Source: Diplonema japonicum
Taxonomy: Eukaryota > Protista > Euglenozoa: Diplonemea
Length of the DNA: 64,000 nt
Direction: 5' to 3'
NCBI GenBank assembly: GCA_964019335.1
Contig: OZ025748.1
Span: forward strand, 124,001 to 188,000
The notes under the pieces are model-generated. The model worked only from the letters and a program-made list of their open reading frames with translations, did not search any database and was not told the DNA's origin. Shown piece by piece: positions 36,901-46,556 of this stretch (position 1 is its first letter; the number at the start of each line of letters is the position of its first letter). A program made the translations under genes and the position numbers.

Positions 36901-37682
36901 TTATTTTGTTTCTAACACAATTAATGCAGGAAAAGAATGCCCGTTGCAAAATGGAGGAGGAGCTGGCAGAGAGCCTGCTTGAGGTTGACAAGCTTCGGAT
37001 GATAGCGGAGAACGTGAACGAGGGCAACAGAACTGTAGAAGAGCTTCGTGCTGAGGTGGCTGAACTAAAGGGTATGGAAACAAGTTTTTTTTTTTTTTTT
37101 TTTTTTAAATTCACCCCTGCAGAATCTGGGGTGAAAGAGAAGAAAGGGCTTGTGAAGGAATACAGCGAAGCGATTAGCAATCTTAAATCGCAGATCCAGA
37201 GTGAACGGGAGGACAAGGAGGAGCTGGTGCAAGCCTACAAGAAAAAAAAGATAGAGGCCACAAAAGAGGTGGGAGCAGGTGTTTCCGGGCATGAAATCGA
37301 AAAATGGAGGTCTGCCCTTGCCTTCTCCCAGAAGCAGCTTTCTCAAGCGAAATCTGGTACACGCGACGCAAAGGTCGAGTCATGGGCCCACGGCAGGGCT
37401 CCCCCCGACCCGTCTCTCCGCGAGCTTCTCGACAGGTCAAGGCACCTCCAGGCAAGCCTGACCCCTTCTATCGTCACCGCTTCCGTTCCTAACCTCACTG
37501 TGCCTTCTGCTACTATTGCTGCCTTAGGAAGTATGCGTGCCGATAAGGAGGCGATGGCTAAGAAAATCGTATGGAAAAAAAAAAAAAAAAAAAAAAAAAT
37601 TCAGACTGAACTTCGATCACTCCAAGCCCAGACCCTCGCTGTGAAGAGATTACAGAACAGGATTGAAAACCCAAACGCGTAA
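33971..37682 (+). CDS. DCTN1: Dynactin subunit 1 (p150Glued)-like, 5 exons (33971-36772, 36812-36883, 36930-37071, 37123-37568, 37605-37682)
   Basis: N-terminal CAP-Gly ([25 protein letters not shown]), basic/Pro linker, long coiled coil; four GT-AG introns join the two ORF-track ORFs in frame. Confidence 0.8.
36773..36811 (+). other. 39-nt GT-AG intron, G-run + A-run
   Basis: GAG|GTGTGA...GCACAG|ATC; removes an in-frame TGA. Confidence 0.8.
36884..36929 (+). other. 46-nt GT-AG intron, T-rich, CTAAC branch-like motif
   Basis: GAG|GTATTT...TCTAAC...ATGCAG|GAA; restores frame. Confidence 0.82.
37072..37122 (+). other. 51-nt GT-AG intron, poly(T), in frame
   Basis: G|GTATGG...CCTGCAG|AA; removes a poly-Phe insertion from the coiled coil. 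Confidence 0.8.
37569..37604 (+). other. 36-nt GT-AG intron, poly(A), in frame
   Basis: ATC|GTATGG-A run-TTCAG|ACT; removes a poly-Lys insertion. Confidence 0.75.
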
Positions 37683-38049
37683 AAAAGGGGGCAAGAGAAA
37701 GAAAGAAAAAAAAAAGAAAAAAAAAGGAGGAGGGATAAGGGAGGGGTTCTTTTTCTCTTTTTTAAGGAAAGAAAGATGAAGGGGACAGAAGTAGGAAAAA
37801 AAAAGAAGAAGAAAAAAAAAAAAAAGAAAAGTGTGACGCCGGGACACTCGATTTTTTTTTTTTCTCTTTTTCTACCTGCCACCTGTCGTGTCTTTATAGT
37901 TAGCAAACTTCCCGCTGTACAGTTGTCAGTGCCGTCTCCTGTATGCAGAACACATCGGGATCCAGTTCTGTTCCTTTTAACACCCGTCTTTGGTCTCGCA
38001 CTCGCGGCTCTCTCCGCAACACGCGTTCCTCTTTGAGGCCTTTGCAGAG

Positions 38050-39073
38050 GCTGAACTAACAAGATGTTGGGAGCTCAGCACGGTAAGTTGTCCAGGGTCC
38101 CTTTGCCAGGGTGTGCCCGTTTGTTTCAACACAACAAAACTATGAGGGGCGGGGGAGAAAAAAAAAAAAAAAAAAAAAAAAAGTACCTGCAGCAGTATCT
38201 GCAGGATTATTATCATTTTTAACCATTTGAATTTGAAAAAAAAAAAAGAAAAAAAAAGGGGGGGGAAAAGAAAGCTGACAGGGCCCCTTTGTCGGGGTGT
38301 GCCCGTTTGTGGCTCTTGCAGTGCCTCAAGCATCTCAACATAACACATCAACGAGATTTTGAAGCATCCCAATTTATAGCTATTTACTGCCAACAAGTAA
38401 TGACTTTACCGTTACCTCGAGGTTCCGCATTTTACCGTCGAGGGCCCGCAGGGCCCGAGATGGTAAAAAAATGCGGAACCGAGAGGTCGGTAAAGCATTA
38501 CTTGGCGGTAGGTAAGTGGTTTTATTTCACGACACTCTGATTACTTCACCACGAGGGGCACAAAGGGGTGACAAGGGGTACAACAAGAGAGGGGTTACAA
38601 AGGTTACAATACAAGTTGTTTTCCCTCCTTTTGTTGACTTAGAGCTGCCGCTGTCGCTGGTATTGCCACTGTCACCATCTCTAATCAGGCCTTCCCATAC
38701 CTGGCGCGGCCGCTGGCACCAATGGTAACAAGGCCTAGCGTGAAGTTATGGGCCCCCCAGTGCGTGAAGTAATTTCTGAAGAGTAAAATAAAAAAAAAAA
38801 AAAAGAAAAAGCTGAGCCCATGGATGCTGAGACCCCCAGCACAGCAGGGTGCCCAGGGCGCTCTTTTTAGGGTGGTCCGTTTGTGGCCCTTGTAGTGCGC
38901 TAGAGTGAACCTTAGTCATCTTAATCACATCAGCGGCAGCGAGATTTTTTTTTTTCTTTTTCTTTTTTCTTTGTGCGCATCATGGTTGCACGTGGGTATT
39001 TGGACAATTGGCCAAAATAAAAAAAAGGGGGGTGGGGGGTGGAAAAGCTAACCAATTAGTTTCTGGAAAACTC

Positions 39074-39110
<37 letters not shown>

Positions 39111-39570
39111 CCTAAGAATTACTGAAAACGTTGTTTTACCCTCCCTCCCCAGAAGGGCTGAACCAACAAGGTGTTGGGACTCCAGCACGGCAAGGGTGTC
39201 CGGGGTCCCTTTGTCGGGGTGTGCCCGTTTGTGGCTCTTGCAGTGCACTTGTGAGCCCCAAGCATTTCAACACAACACATCAGCGAGATTCATTGAAGCA
39301 CCCGCAATTTTAAAAAAAAAAGGGGGCCCTGGGGGGGGGGGGGGGGGGGGGAGCCAAAGAACCAACAATGTCTTGGGACGAAACCTTCAGCAGCGAGCTT
39401 CGATGAACTCGGGAGGGAAGAAAAAAAAAAAAGCTGAGTACCACAGTGTTGGGCCTGAGCATGGCAGGGTGTCCAGGGTCGCTTTATCAATGGTGACCTG
39501 ACTTGGCCCCTGCAGTGCGCTTTATGTGACCCTTAAGCACCCAATTGAACCTCCACATGCAGCAAGATTG
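38050..39570 (+). repeat. Five diverged copies of a ~135-nt structured repeat (38050-38136, 38274-38375, 38811-38947, 39157-39311, 39433-39570); candidate ncRNA cluster
   Basis: Shared GCTGA..TG(T/C)TG..AGCA..GGGTG.CC.GGG..CT..GG(C)CTTGCAGTGC..CACAT..CAGC.AGA; nested stems with compensatory changes; the first two copies are internally deleted. Confidence 0.75.
38385..38511. repeat. ~125-nt imperfect palindrome at the end of a dispersed element
   Basis: CAAGTAATGACTTTACCG..ACCTC..GGTTCCGCATTTTACC..GGGCCC pairs with GGGCCC..GGTAAAAAAATGCGGAACC..GAGGT.CGGTAAAGCATTACTTG. Confidence 0.85.
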
Positions 39571-39660
39571 CCTTTTTTTTTTTTTTTTTTTTTTTTTAAA
39601 TCCAAACTTGGGGGGTATATAGAAGGTTCAAAAAAAAAAAAAAAAAAAAAAAAAAACACG

Positions 39661-40440
39661 ATGCTGGAAGCGGCTCTACAAGAGGCGGAGCTAGAACTCT
39701 TAGAACTACGGTTGGTCCAACAAGGCCAGCGCCAGGAGGAGCGGGAGGCAAAACTACTTGCCGCAGAGTGTGACAGGTTGAAGCAGAACTACGAACGAGA
39801 TTTGATAAGAAGCGAGAAGCGATCCATCGACAAGGCAAAGGAGGCAGAATGGCAGCTTAAGCTAATCGAGGCCTATGAGGAAGAACAACGAGAACTCGAG
39901 ATGGAACGGGAAAAGAAAGAAGAAGAAGAAGAACTGAACCGCCAAATCGAAGGGATGTCCCCCGAAGAAGCAGAAGCAGTCCTCGAGGAGATAAATGAGC
40001 TTAAATTCCTTCAAAACAAATACGAGAGCACAAAACTTTCTCTTGAAACACGCACGCAAAGAATCACAATGCAACTTGATGCACAAGATAAACTAACAGC
40101 CCGTTTATCTATTGAGCATCAGGATTTTGCCAAAACATGTGAAGCTGCTTATGAGGAGCTGGAGGGGTCTCAAAAAGCTGATTTCTACACCGAGTTCGTT
40201 GCCCCTGTAGAACAGCTTCAGATGAAGGAAGCAGCACGGAAACAAAGGGATCTCGAGGCCCTGCAACTGCAGCACCTGCAGTCCACCCGCACCGAGACGA
40301 GAAAGAGCCTCACAGCATTCGACGCAGAGCACCTCACAACACTTTCCATGGAAAAGCAGAACGAGGTCCTTGACGATCTGAACGAACTCCACCAGCTTAA
40401 GCAAAAAGTTTCAAAATTATGCTTAAGAGACGGGGCATAG
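39661..40440 (+). CDS. Coiled-coil hypothetical protein
   Basis: ATG follows an A-run; E/Q/K/L-rich heptads. Confidence 0.75.
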   Translation: MLEAALQEAELELLELRLVQQGQRQEEREAKLLAAECDRLKQNYERDLIRSEKRSIDKAKEAEWQLKLIEAYEEEQRELEMEREKKEEEEELNRQIEGMSPEEAEAVLEEINELKFLQNKYESTKLSLETRTQRITMQLDAQDKLTARLSIEHQDFAKTCEAAYEELEGSQKADFYTEFVAPVEQLQMKEAARKQRDLEALQLQHLQSTRTETRKSLTAFDAEHLTTLSMEKQNEVLDDLNELHQLKQKVSKLCLRDGA

Positions 40441-40609
40441 ATATCGACGGTTTTTAAAAAAAAATTTTTTTTTTTGATCCCCCCTGCTTCTGTGGGAGGG
40501 GAGGGCTTTTTTTTTTTTTTTTTTCCCCTTCTTTTTTTTTTTCCGAAGAGAGAAAAAAGGGGGGTGGAAAAAAAAAAGAAAAAAAAGAGAGAAAAAAAAA
40601 AAGAACGAG

Positions 40610-42223
40610 ATGTTCCAAAAGGCATCTATGCTGCGGCAGTTTAGTAACAGCTGCTTGGACTTGGAGGAGCTTGGAGGTGAGGAGGAGGCCGAGATCCTGG
40701 AGCAGCTAAGCCCCAGGTCTCGGGGGAAGCGTATCATTGCCCTCTCTGCTGATAGAGAGGAACCCTTCCCCATGCCCCCCACGCCTCCTGGGAGGGGTAG
40801 AACGGAGCTAGCGAAGACCTTCAGCGGGTCATGCTTGGAGCTCGATGATCTCATGGGAGATTCCCCCTCTGTGGGAGTCCCACAGGGCCCCGGTGGGCGG
40901 TGCTCCCCTCTGTACCAGTTCAACGATACGCGGCAGATCATTGACTACGTGCATACTCAAAACTCGAGGAGACGTGCTATAGACAAACATCGAGACACCT
41001 CCATCCTCGTGACTGGTGCCGGGGCCCCCGGGTCCGGATACCTCGCCACACATATTATTGCCAGAGTATGATTTAAAAAAGAAAAAAGAAAAAAAAATCC
41101 ACCCCCCCCCCCCCCCCCCCCCACAGCTGCTCCACGAAGGATACGAAGTGCGGGCCACGATCCGCGACGCAAGCCTGTCTGAGAGGTTGATTGAGGACAC
41201 GAAAAGCAGTTCAAGAGCTTCGCTCGAGGTATTTTTTTTTTTTTTTTTTTTTTTTTCCATAAAAAAAAAAAAAGAAAAAAAAAAAAAAAAAAAAAGGTTT
41301 TCCCCGGCAGCGATCCTCAAACCGGCTCCCCCGACCTTCTCTACCAAGCTCTCTTGGATGTCGACAGTGTGATTCATTGCCCTTCTTCTGGCGGGGGTGT
41401 CATGGGCCCGCGCGACGGTGTGCGGAATATCTTCAAAGCGGTGAAGGCCACCGGCAACAAGGTGAGGAAGATCGTGATGGCGTCAACCGTCCTTATGGTC
41501 AACCAAGAAGGGGTAGAAGGCCCCCTCGACGAAACCAACTGGAACAACGTCACAAAAGAGGAAGATCCTGCAGCCTGGGCACGGGTCGAAGCAGAGAAAG
41601 AGGCCTGGGCACTATCACAAGAAACAAAAACCCCATTGACAGCAATTATATCAAGCACTGTAGTGGGGCCGTCCATGGGAGGTGAAGTCTCCGAATCTAT
41701 GAGAGTAGTAAGAGACTTGATCTATGCTCCATCTTACTTCCCCTTCGCACCTCAAATATCACGGAACCTGGTCAATATTGAGGATGTTGCATCTGCTCAT
41801 TGCAGAGCGCTTGGGACGGATGCTGCCAACAATCAAAGATTTTTAGTTACAGGAGGTTCATACACATTGTCGGAGATAGGACAGGTTATAAAGAGGAAAT
41901 TCCCTCAATATCCAGTACCTACGAGGGATGCGTGGAACTGGATCACCCTTCTTGTGGTCCCCACCGTAAACACGCAGATTACTCGTGCGTCGCTGCGCCA
42001 GCAGCTTGGTTATGGTAAGGCGTACAATACTAGTAAGGTCAGGCAGGTTTTGAAAATTTCGATTCAAAACCCCGACAACGCTATTCTTGAGACGGTGGAA
42101 GATTTGCTTTCTCGTGGTGAGCTTCAGGAGCCGACGGGGACTACGCCCGCTACACTTCCATTGTGTTTGCTTGCGACGCTCGGGCTGGGAAGCGTCTTGG
42201 CGTGGAGGCGTTTCAGGAGCTAG
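40610..42223 (+). CDS. NAD-dependent epimerase/dehydratase (dihydroflavonol-reductase-like SDR) with N-terminal extension and C-terminal TM, 3 exons (40610-41065, 41127-41228, 41297-42223)
   Basis: ILVTGAG..GYLATHIIAR|LLHEGYEVRATIRD forms the Rossmann fold only after splicing; AEKEAW, VVGP, VNIEDVASAH. Confidence 0.85.
41066..41126 (+). other. 61-nt GT-AG intron, A-run + C-run
   Basis: AGA|GTATGA...CCACAG|CTG; rejoins the conserved SDR motif. Confidence 0.88.
41229..41296 (+). other. 68-nt GT-AG intron, T-run then A-run, AAAAAG acceptor
   Basis: GAG|GTATTT...AAAAAG|GTT; restores frame into the 41354 ORF. Confidence 0.8.
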
Positions 42224-42226
42224 GGG

Positions 42227-42259
<33 letters not shown>

Positions 42260-42448
42260 TTGTGACATATAGATACCGCCACCCCCCCGCTCCTTCTCCA
42301 TCACTAAAGCATTTTTTCCCTTAAAGTCTCTTTTTTTTTTTTTTTTCTTTCTATATAGCATCAAAGTATTCCTTGTTTTTTTTTTTTTTTTTTTTTTCTT
42401 CTTTTCTTGAAAGTTTTTTTTTTTTTTTACGAAAAAGAAAGCAAGGGG

Positions 42449-42483
<35 letters not shown>

Positions 42484-43673
42484 TGGTTGAGCGGAGAGGG
42501 GGGGTTTTCTTTTTCTTCTTTATTTCGCTTTTTTTTTCTTTTTTTTTTTTTCCACCTCTTTTAGATACTTCTCGTTATCAACACCTCCCCTTATTGAGAC
42601 AAGTGGGTATTAAAAAAAAAAATGAAAATAACGAAAACTTTCGACTTTTTTTGGGTATTCCCCCCCCCCCCCCCCCTTCTTGAAATCCCGTACGCGGCAT
42701 GCGTTTAAGCTTTTTTAAAAAAAAAGAGATCCCCCACGTCAGCCTTCTGAGCCGCTTGCTGAGGGACGATTGTAACATTTGGCAAAGATCAGACTTTAGA
42801 CTCACACAGCAAGATTACTGAAGTTGAAAAAAGAAAAACAAGAAAAAAAAATGAGAAGAGCATTGCAAAACAGGACCAAGTGAATTCGCACCCCACCCTC
42901 ACGCTGTACCATATTGTTTTTATATTTTTTTTTTTCTTAACGGACGATTTAGGGAGAACTAGGTTTACTCTTTCACATATGAGTTTTTTTTTTCTTTTTC
43001 CTTCCCCCTCCCCCCCCTTCCTTGCTCCACGATTCTCTCCTTATTTTATTTATTTATTTATTTCTCCCCCCCCCCTTCTCCCTGTCCGAGCACAAAAAAA
43101 AGAGGGGTCTGCTAATCGGCACCCTGACAGCACCCCGTTTTTTTTTTTTGTACCAAAGCTTCCCTTTGTTTCATTCTCTCACTTCCTGCCCTTTATATTT
43201 TCTGCACCAGATACCCCGTTTTTTTTTTTTTTTTTTTTTTTTTTTTTGTGGCCTTAAAAAAAAATGAAAAAGGGGGGAAAAGAAAACCCGTAAGTTATGA
43301 ACCAGGGGGGGGTTTTTTTTTCCCCCGAATTTTTAGAAAAAAAAAAAAAGTTCCTGCCCCTTTTTCTTCCCTTTTTTCTTCCCACTCTCACCATAGGTTA
43401 GGCCTGCCACCACATCATAGTGATCTCCCCCCCCCCCCCCCCCCCCCACACACATTCCTCCCGACCCGTGGCTTTACTTTTTCATTCAATATTTTTTGTC
43501 CCTCTTCCGCTCGTATCCCCCCCCCCTATTCTTTTTCTTTTTTTGATCATTTTCTCTTGTCGTCACCAATTTTAACATTGGGTTTTTTAAACAAAGCAAA
43601 AGAAAAAAAAAAAAAAAAAAAACTGCACCCAGGGAAAAGGGAGAGGGAGGGGGGGGGAGGGTCTTTCTTCCAT

Positions 43674-43991
43674 ATGCCAAAACCAAAATCAATACCCCTT
43701 TCCCAGGCTATAACAAAGCTTGTGGAAGACTGGGGGAAGGAATGTATTAGAGACTGCGAAGCGAAGGACGAAGAAGCATTGTTTAAACGGGCAAACTACC
43801 ACATTGTAGGGTGGGGTATTTTTGAAAAGAGCAGGGAGCAAGCATTACACTGGCTAGAAGTGGCAGAGCAAGCTGGGAGCCAGCCGGCTGCTAACCTGCG
43901 TGAGCGGATGTTGGCCAACCCATCATTTGGGTTCCCGAACTATGACGACGAGGACTATTGGTTGCATGGCCCAAGGAGGAAGAAAAGCTGA
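43674..43991 (+). CDS. Small Sel1-like repeat protein
   Basis: EALFKRA.Y..GWG.FEKSREQALHWLEVAEQAG; the upstream ORF-track extension is spacer. Confidence 0.7.
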   Translation: MPKPKSIPLSQAITKLVEDWGKECIRDCEAKDEEALFKRANYHIVGWGIFEKSREQALHWLEVAEQAGSQPAANLRERMLANPSFGFPNYDDEDYWLHGPRRKKS

Positions 43992-44049
<58 letters not shown>

Positions 44050-44098
44050 CCAGCCACCCTTTTTACCACCCCTTCAGAGGGAAGGGGGAGAAAAAAAA

Positions 44099-44401
44099 AT
44101 GGACGAGCCCCTCAAACACCTCTCCCTCTCTATGTACAAATCCCTTGGCACGCTTCAACAAGATTCCACCCCGTGCCCTGACACAATCTCCCATCACGCG
44201 AAAGAGGTTTTTTCTGCAATGACCGCCTGCCTGGAGGCCATCGACAACTTGCCAACTGAGCAAAAACACACACCCGGAACCGACGAATATGCAGAAGAGG
44301 TGACACGACTTCAGGAGGAACACGAAGAGGCTGTGAAGAGCCTGGGTGAGGAGGCTGAACGGTGCACAGCTCTTCGGGACAGTTTACTGGCGGAGGCCTG
44401 A
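44099..44401 (+). CDS. MED21: Mediator subunit Med21 (Srb7)-like
   Basis: SLGTLQQ..IDNLP..RLQEEHEEA matches the Med21 pattern (AIGVLQQ..IDSLP..LEEENHEA). Confidence 0.6.
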   Translation: MDEPLKHLSLSMYKSLGTLQQDSTPCPDTISHHAKEVFSAMTACLEAIDNLPTEQKHTPGTDEYAEEVTRLQEEHEEAVKSLGEEAERCTALRDSLLAEA

Positions 44402-44499
44402 TTGAATGCACCCCCCCCTTTTTTTTATTATTTTTTCCAGAATTTGAGATACAACACCACAACCACAGTTCTTTTTTTCGAAAAAGCTTATATTAAAAA

Positions 44500-44694
44500 A
44501 TGGGTAAGGTCCACGGCTCCTTGGCTCGTGCCGGTAAGGTGAAGAACCAGACCCCGAAGATCCAGAAGACGGAGAAGAAGAAGAAGTCCGTTGGCCGTGC
44601 CAAGAAGAGGATCCAGTACAACAAGAGGTTCGTGAACCACACCGAGGGCAAGGTGTACAAGCCCAACACCCAGCCCCTTGGTAAGCTCGGATAA
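44500..44694 (+). CDS. RPS30: 40S ribosomal protein eS30 (no ubiquitin-like fusion)
   Basis: [32 protein letters not shown]. Confidence 0.97.
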   Translation: MGKVHGSLARAGKVKNQTPKIQKTEKKKKSVGRAKKRIQYNKRFVNHTEGKVYKPNTQPLGKLG

Positions 44695-44842
44695 GCTGGC
44701 TGTGCAACCCTTTTTTTAAAAACTTTTGAAAAAAAAAAAAATCATGAAATCATGAAAAAAAATATATATATATATTTCTTTTCCCCCTCACCCAACATTT
44801 TTTTTTTTTTTCCAGGGAAAAAAAAAAAAAAAAAAAAAAAAA

Positions 44843-46009
44843 ATGCTCCCAAATGCACTGCAAGAACGAAAAGTCCGCATGCTGCGTAAAAGGCTGCAAC
44901 AACACACGGGAATGACGGGGAAATATGTAGACAGGCACATCAAGAGCGTGGCAAGGCAACCTGCAAACCCAAGCGAGATTATCTCCGAAGAAGAAGATTG
45001 GGATAGGTTGGAAAATGCACAGAAAACCGATATTCTACTCGACGAAACCGAGCATGGAATGGAAAACTATTTTGACGAACCAGCGGGGGGTGAGGACAAG
45101 CCTACAGACACCACCGCGACAAAACGAAAATCGATGGGCACGGAGATGGAATTCAACGCCGGTGCTGCATGGGCCCACGCACCAAAACAATCCAACCTCG
45201 CAAAAGAAGAGGTCCAAGAAGCATGGATGAAGGAACAGCTTTCCCTGAAAGAAAAACTCGACCTAACGGATTCCTTCGAGTTTACCTGGTCCCCAGACGA
45301 TCCCTCCTCCACAACACTTTCCCTCATAGCAGGTTTGGACCTATCCTTCGTCAAGGGCACCGACCACGCTGTTGCCTCTCTGGTCGTCCTGCGATATCCC
45401 TCTTTAGTAGTTGAATATGAGGGATTCACGCATTGCGTCTGCAGGAACCCTTACATCCCAGGATTCCTTGCGTATCGAGAGATTCCAGGCTTGCTTCAAG
45501 CTGTCGCAGATTTGAAGAAAAAACGACCTGACCTCCAGCCGCAATTATGGCTGCTCGATGGTAATGGTACAATCCACCATAGGGGGTTTGGGTTGGCTTG
45601 TCACTTTGGTGTTGTTACTGGTTATCCCACACTCGGGATTGCGAAGAACCTGCTGCAGGTGGATGGGATGTCAAAGGATCAGGTTCTCCGGCAGATTGAA
45701 GACCTTCCCAAAGGGGAGAGTGTTGAGTTGTGGGGCAACTCCGGCCGTGTGTGGGGGCATGCGTTGGTCACGAAGCCGTCTGAGCCTATATTTGTGAGCC
45801 CTGGGCACCGTGTGTCTCTGCAAGCAGCGCTGAGCATCACGGCGAATATTTGGAACCTGGAGGAGATTAAAAAAAAGTATGGCAAGAGGGGAGAGAAAAG
45901 AAAAAAAAAAAACTCACAATACAGACTGCCCATCCCGACACGGCTTGCAGACGCGCTTTCTCGCAGTTATATTAAAAAAACAGAGGCGCAAAGAGGGAGG
46001 AGAAAGTGA
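44843..46009 (+). CDS. ENDOV: Endonuclease V with N-terminal extension; probable 48-nt intron at 45877-45924
   Basis: IAGLDLSF, PYIPGFLAYRE, LLDGNGTIHHRGFGLACHFG, GIAKN, PIFVSPGH, PTRLAD. Confidence 0.92.
   Translation: MLPNALQERKVRMLRKRLQQHTGMTGKYVDRHIKSVARQPANPSEIISEEEDWDRLENAQKTDILLDETEHGMENYFDEPAGGEDKPTDTTATKRKSMGTEMEFNAGAAWAHAPKQSNLAKEEVQEAWMKEQLSLKEKLDLTDSFEFTWSPDDPSSTTLSLIAGLDLSFVKGTDHAVASLVVLRYPSLVVEYEGFTHCVCRNPYIPGFLAYREIPGLLQAVADLKKKRPDLQPQLWLLDGNGTIHHRGFGLACHFGVVTGYPTLGIAKNLLQVDGMSKDQVLRQIEDLPKGESVELWGNSGRVWGHALVTKPSEPIFVSPGHRVSLQAALSITANIWNLEEIKKKYGKRGEKRKKKNSQYRLPIPTRLADALSRSYIKKTEAQRGRRK
45877..45924 (+). other. Probable 48-nt purine-rich GT-AG intron, in frame
   Basis: AA|GTATGG...CTCAC.ATACAG|A; same donor as other introns, but not needed for frame, and splicing would remove the Arg preceding LP. 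Confidence 0.55.
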
Positions 46010-46483
46010 GGGGGGGGGGGGGGGGGGGGGGGAGTGTGTCTTATATTTTTTGAATTTTCTTTTTTTCTGAGTTAACGTTTGTTTTTTTTTTTTTTTTTTT
46101 TACACCTCGTATCTCTAAACCCGATTTCGGGACAGGCAATTTTTTTGGAAAGATTCCGGGAATTGAACCTTGCGTAGTCTCAGGGGAAAAAAGAGAAAAA
46201 AAAGTGCCTTATACTTCCCAAAAACCCACTCGAGGCACTTTGACACGAGATGTAAGGGGTCCCCCCCGAAAGTTTTTTACAAAACTCCCTCGGAAGGGTT
46301 GGTTTTTGCGTGATCGAACGCAGAAATGAATTCTTAAGAAAGGATTTCCCCAGCCAGTTCCTAAAAAAAAAAAGAAAAAAAAATTCCCTCTATAGCCCCC
46401 TTAGAGCAAGTCCAGGGTTGACCAGACGGTTTTAGAGATATTTTGCGCGTTTCCCAAAAGGTCATTTTACGTTTTTTGGTTTT

Positions 46484-46556
<73 letters not shown>

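Noticed and set aside
38071-38100. CTCAGC..CCAGGGTCC resembling the ingi/L1Tc 5' signature (HDV-like ribozyme)
   Set aside because: The pairing CCCTGG 5' arm and the conserved core are missing
39371-39420. GACGAAAC hammerhead-like motif
   Set aside because: No CUGANGA core or compatible three-stem junction
46151-46180. Minus-strand GGTTCAATTCC resembling a tRNA T-loop/B-box
   Set aside because: The T-stem pairs poorly and no cloverleaf or A-box could be built
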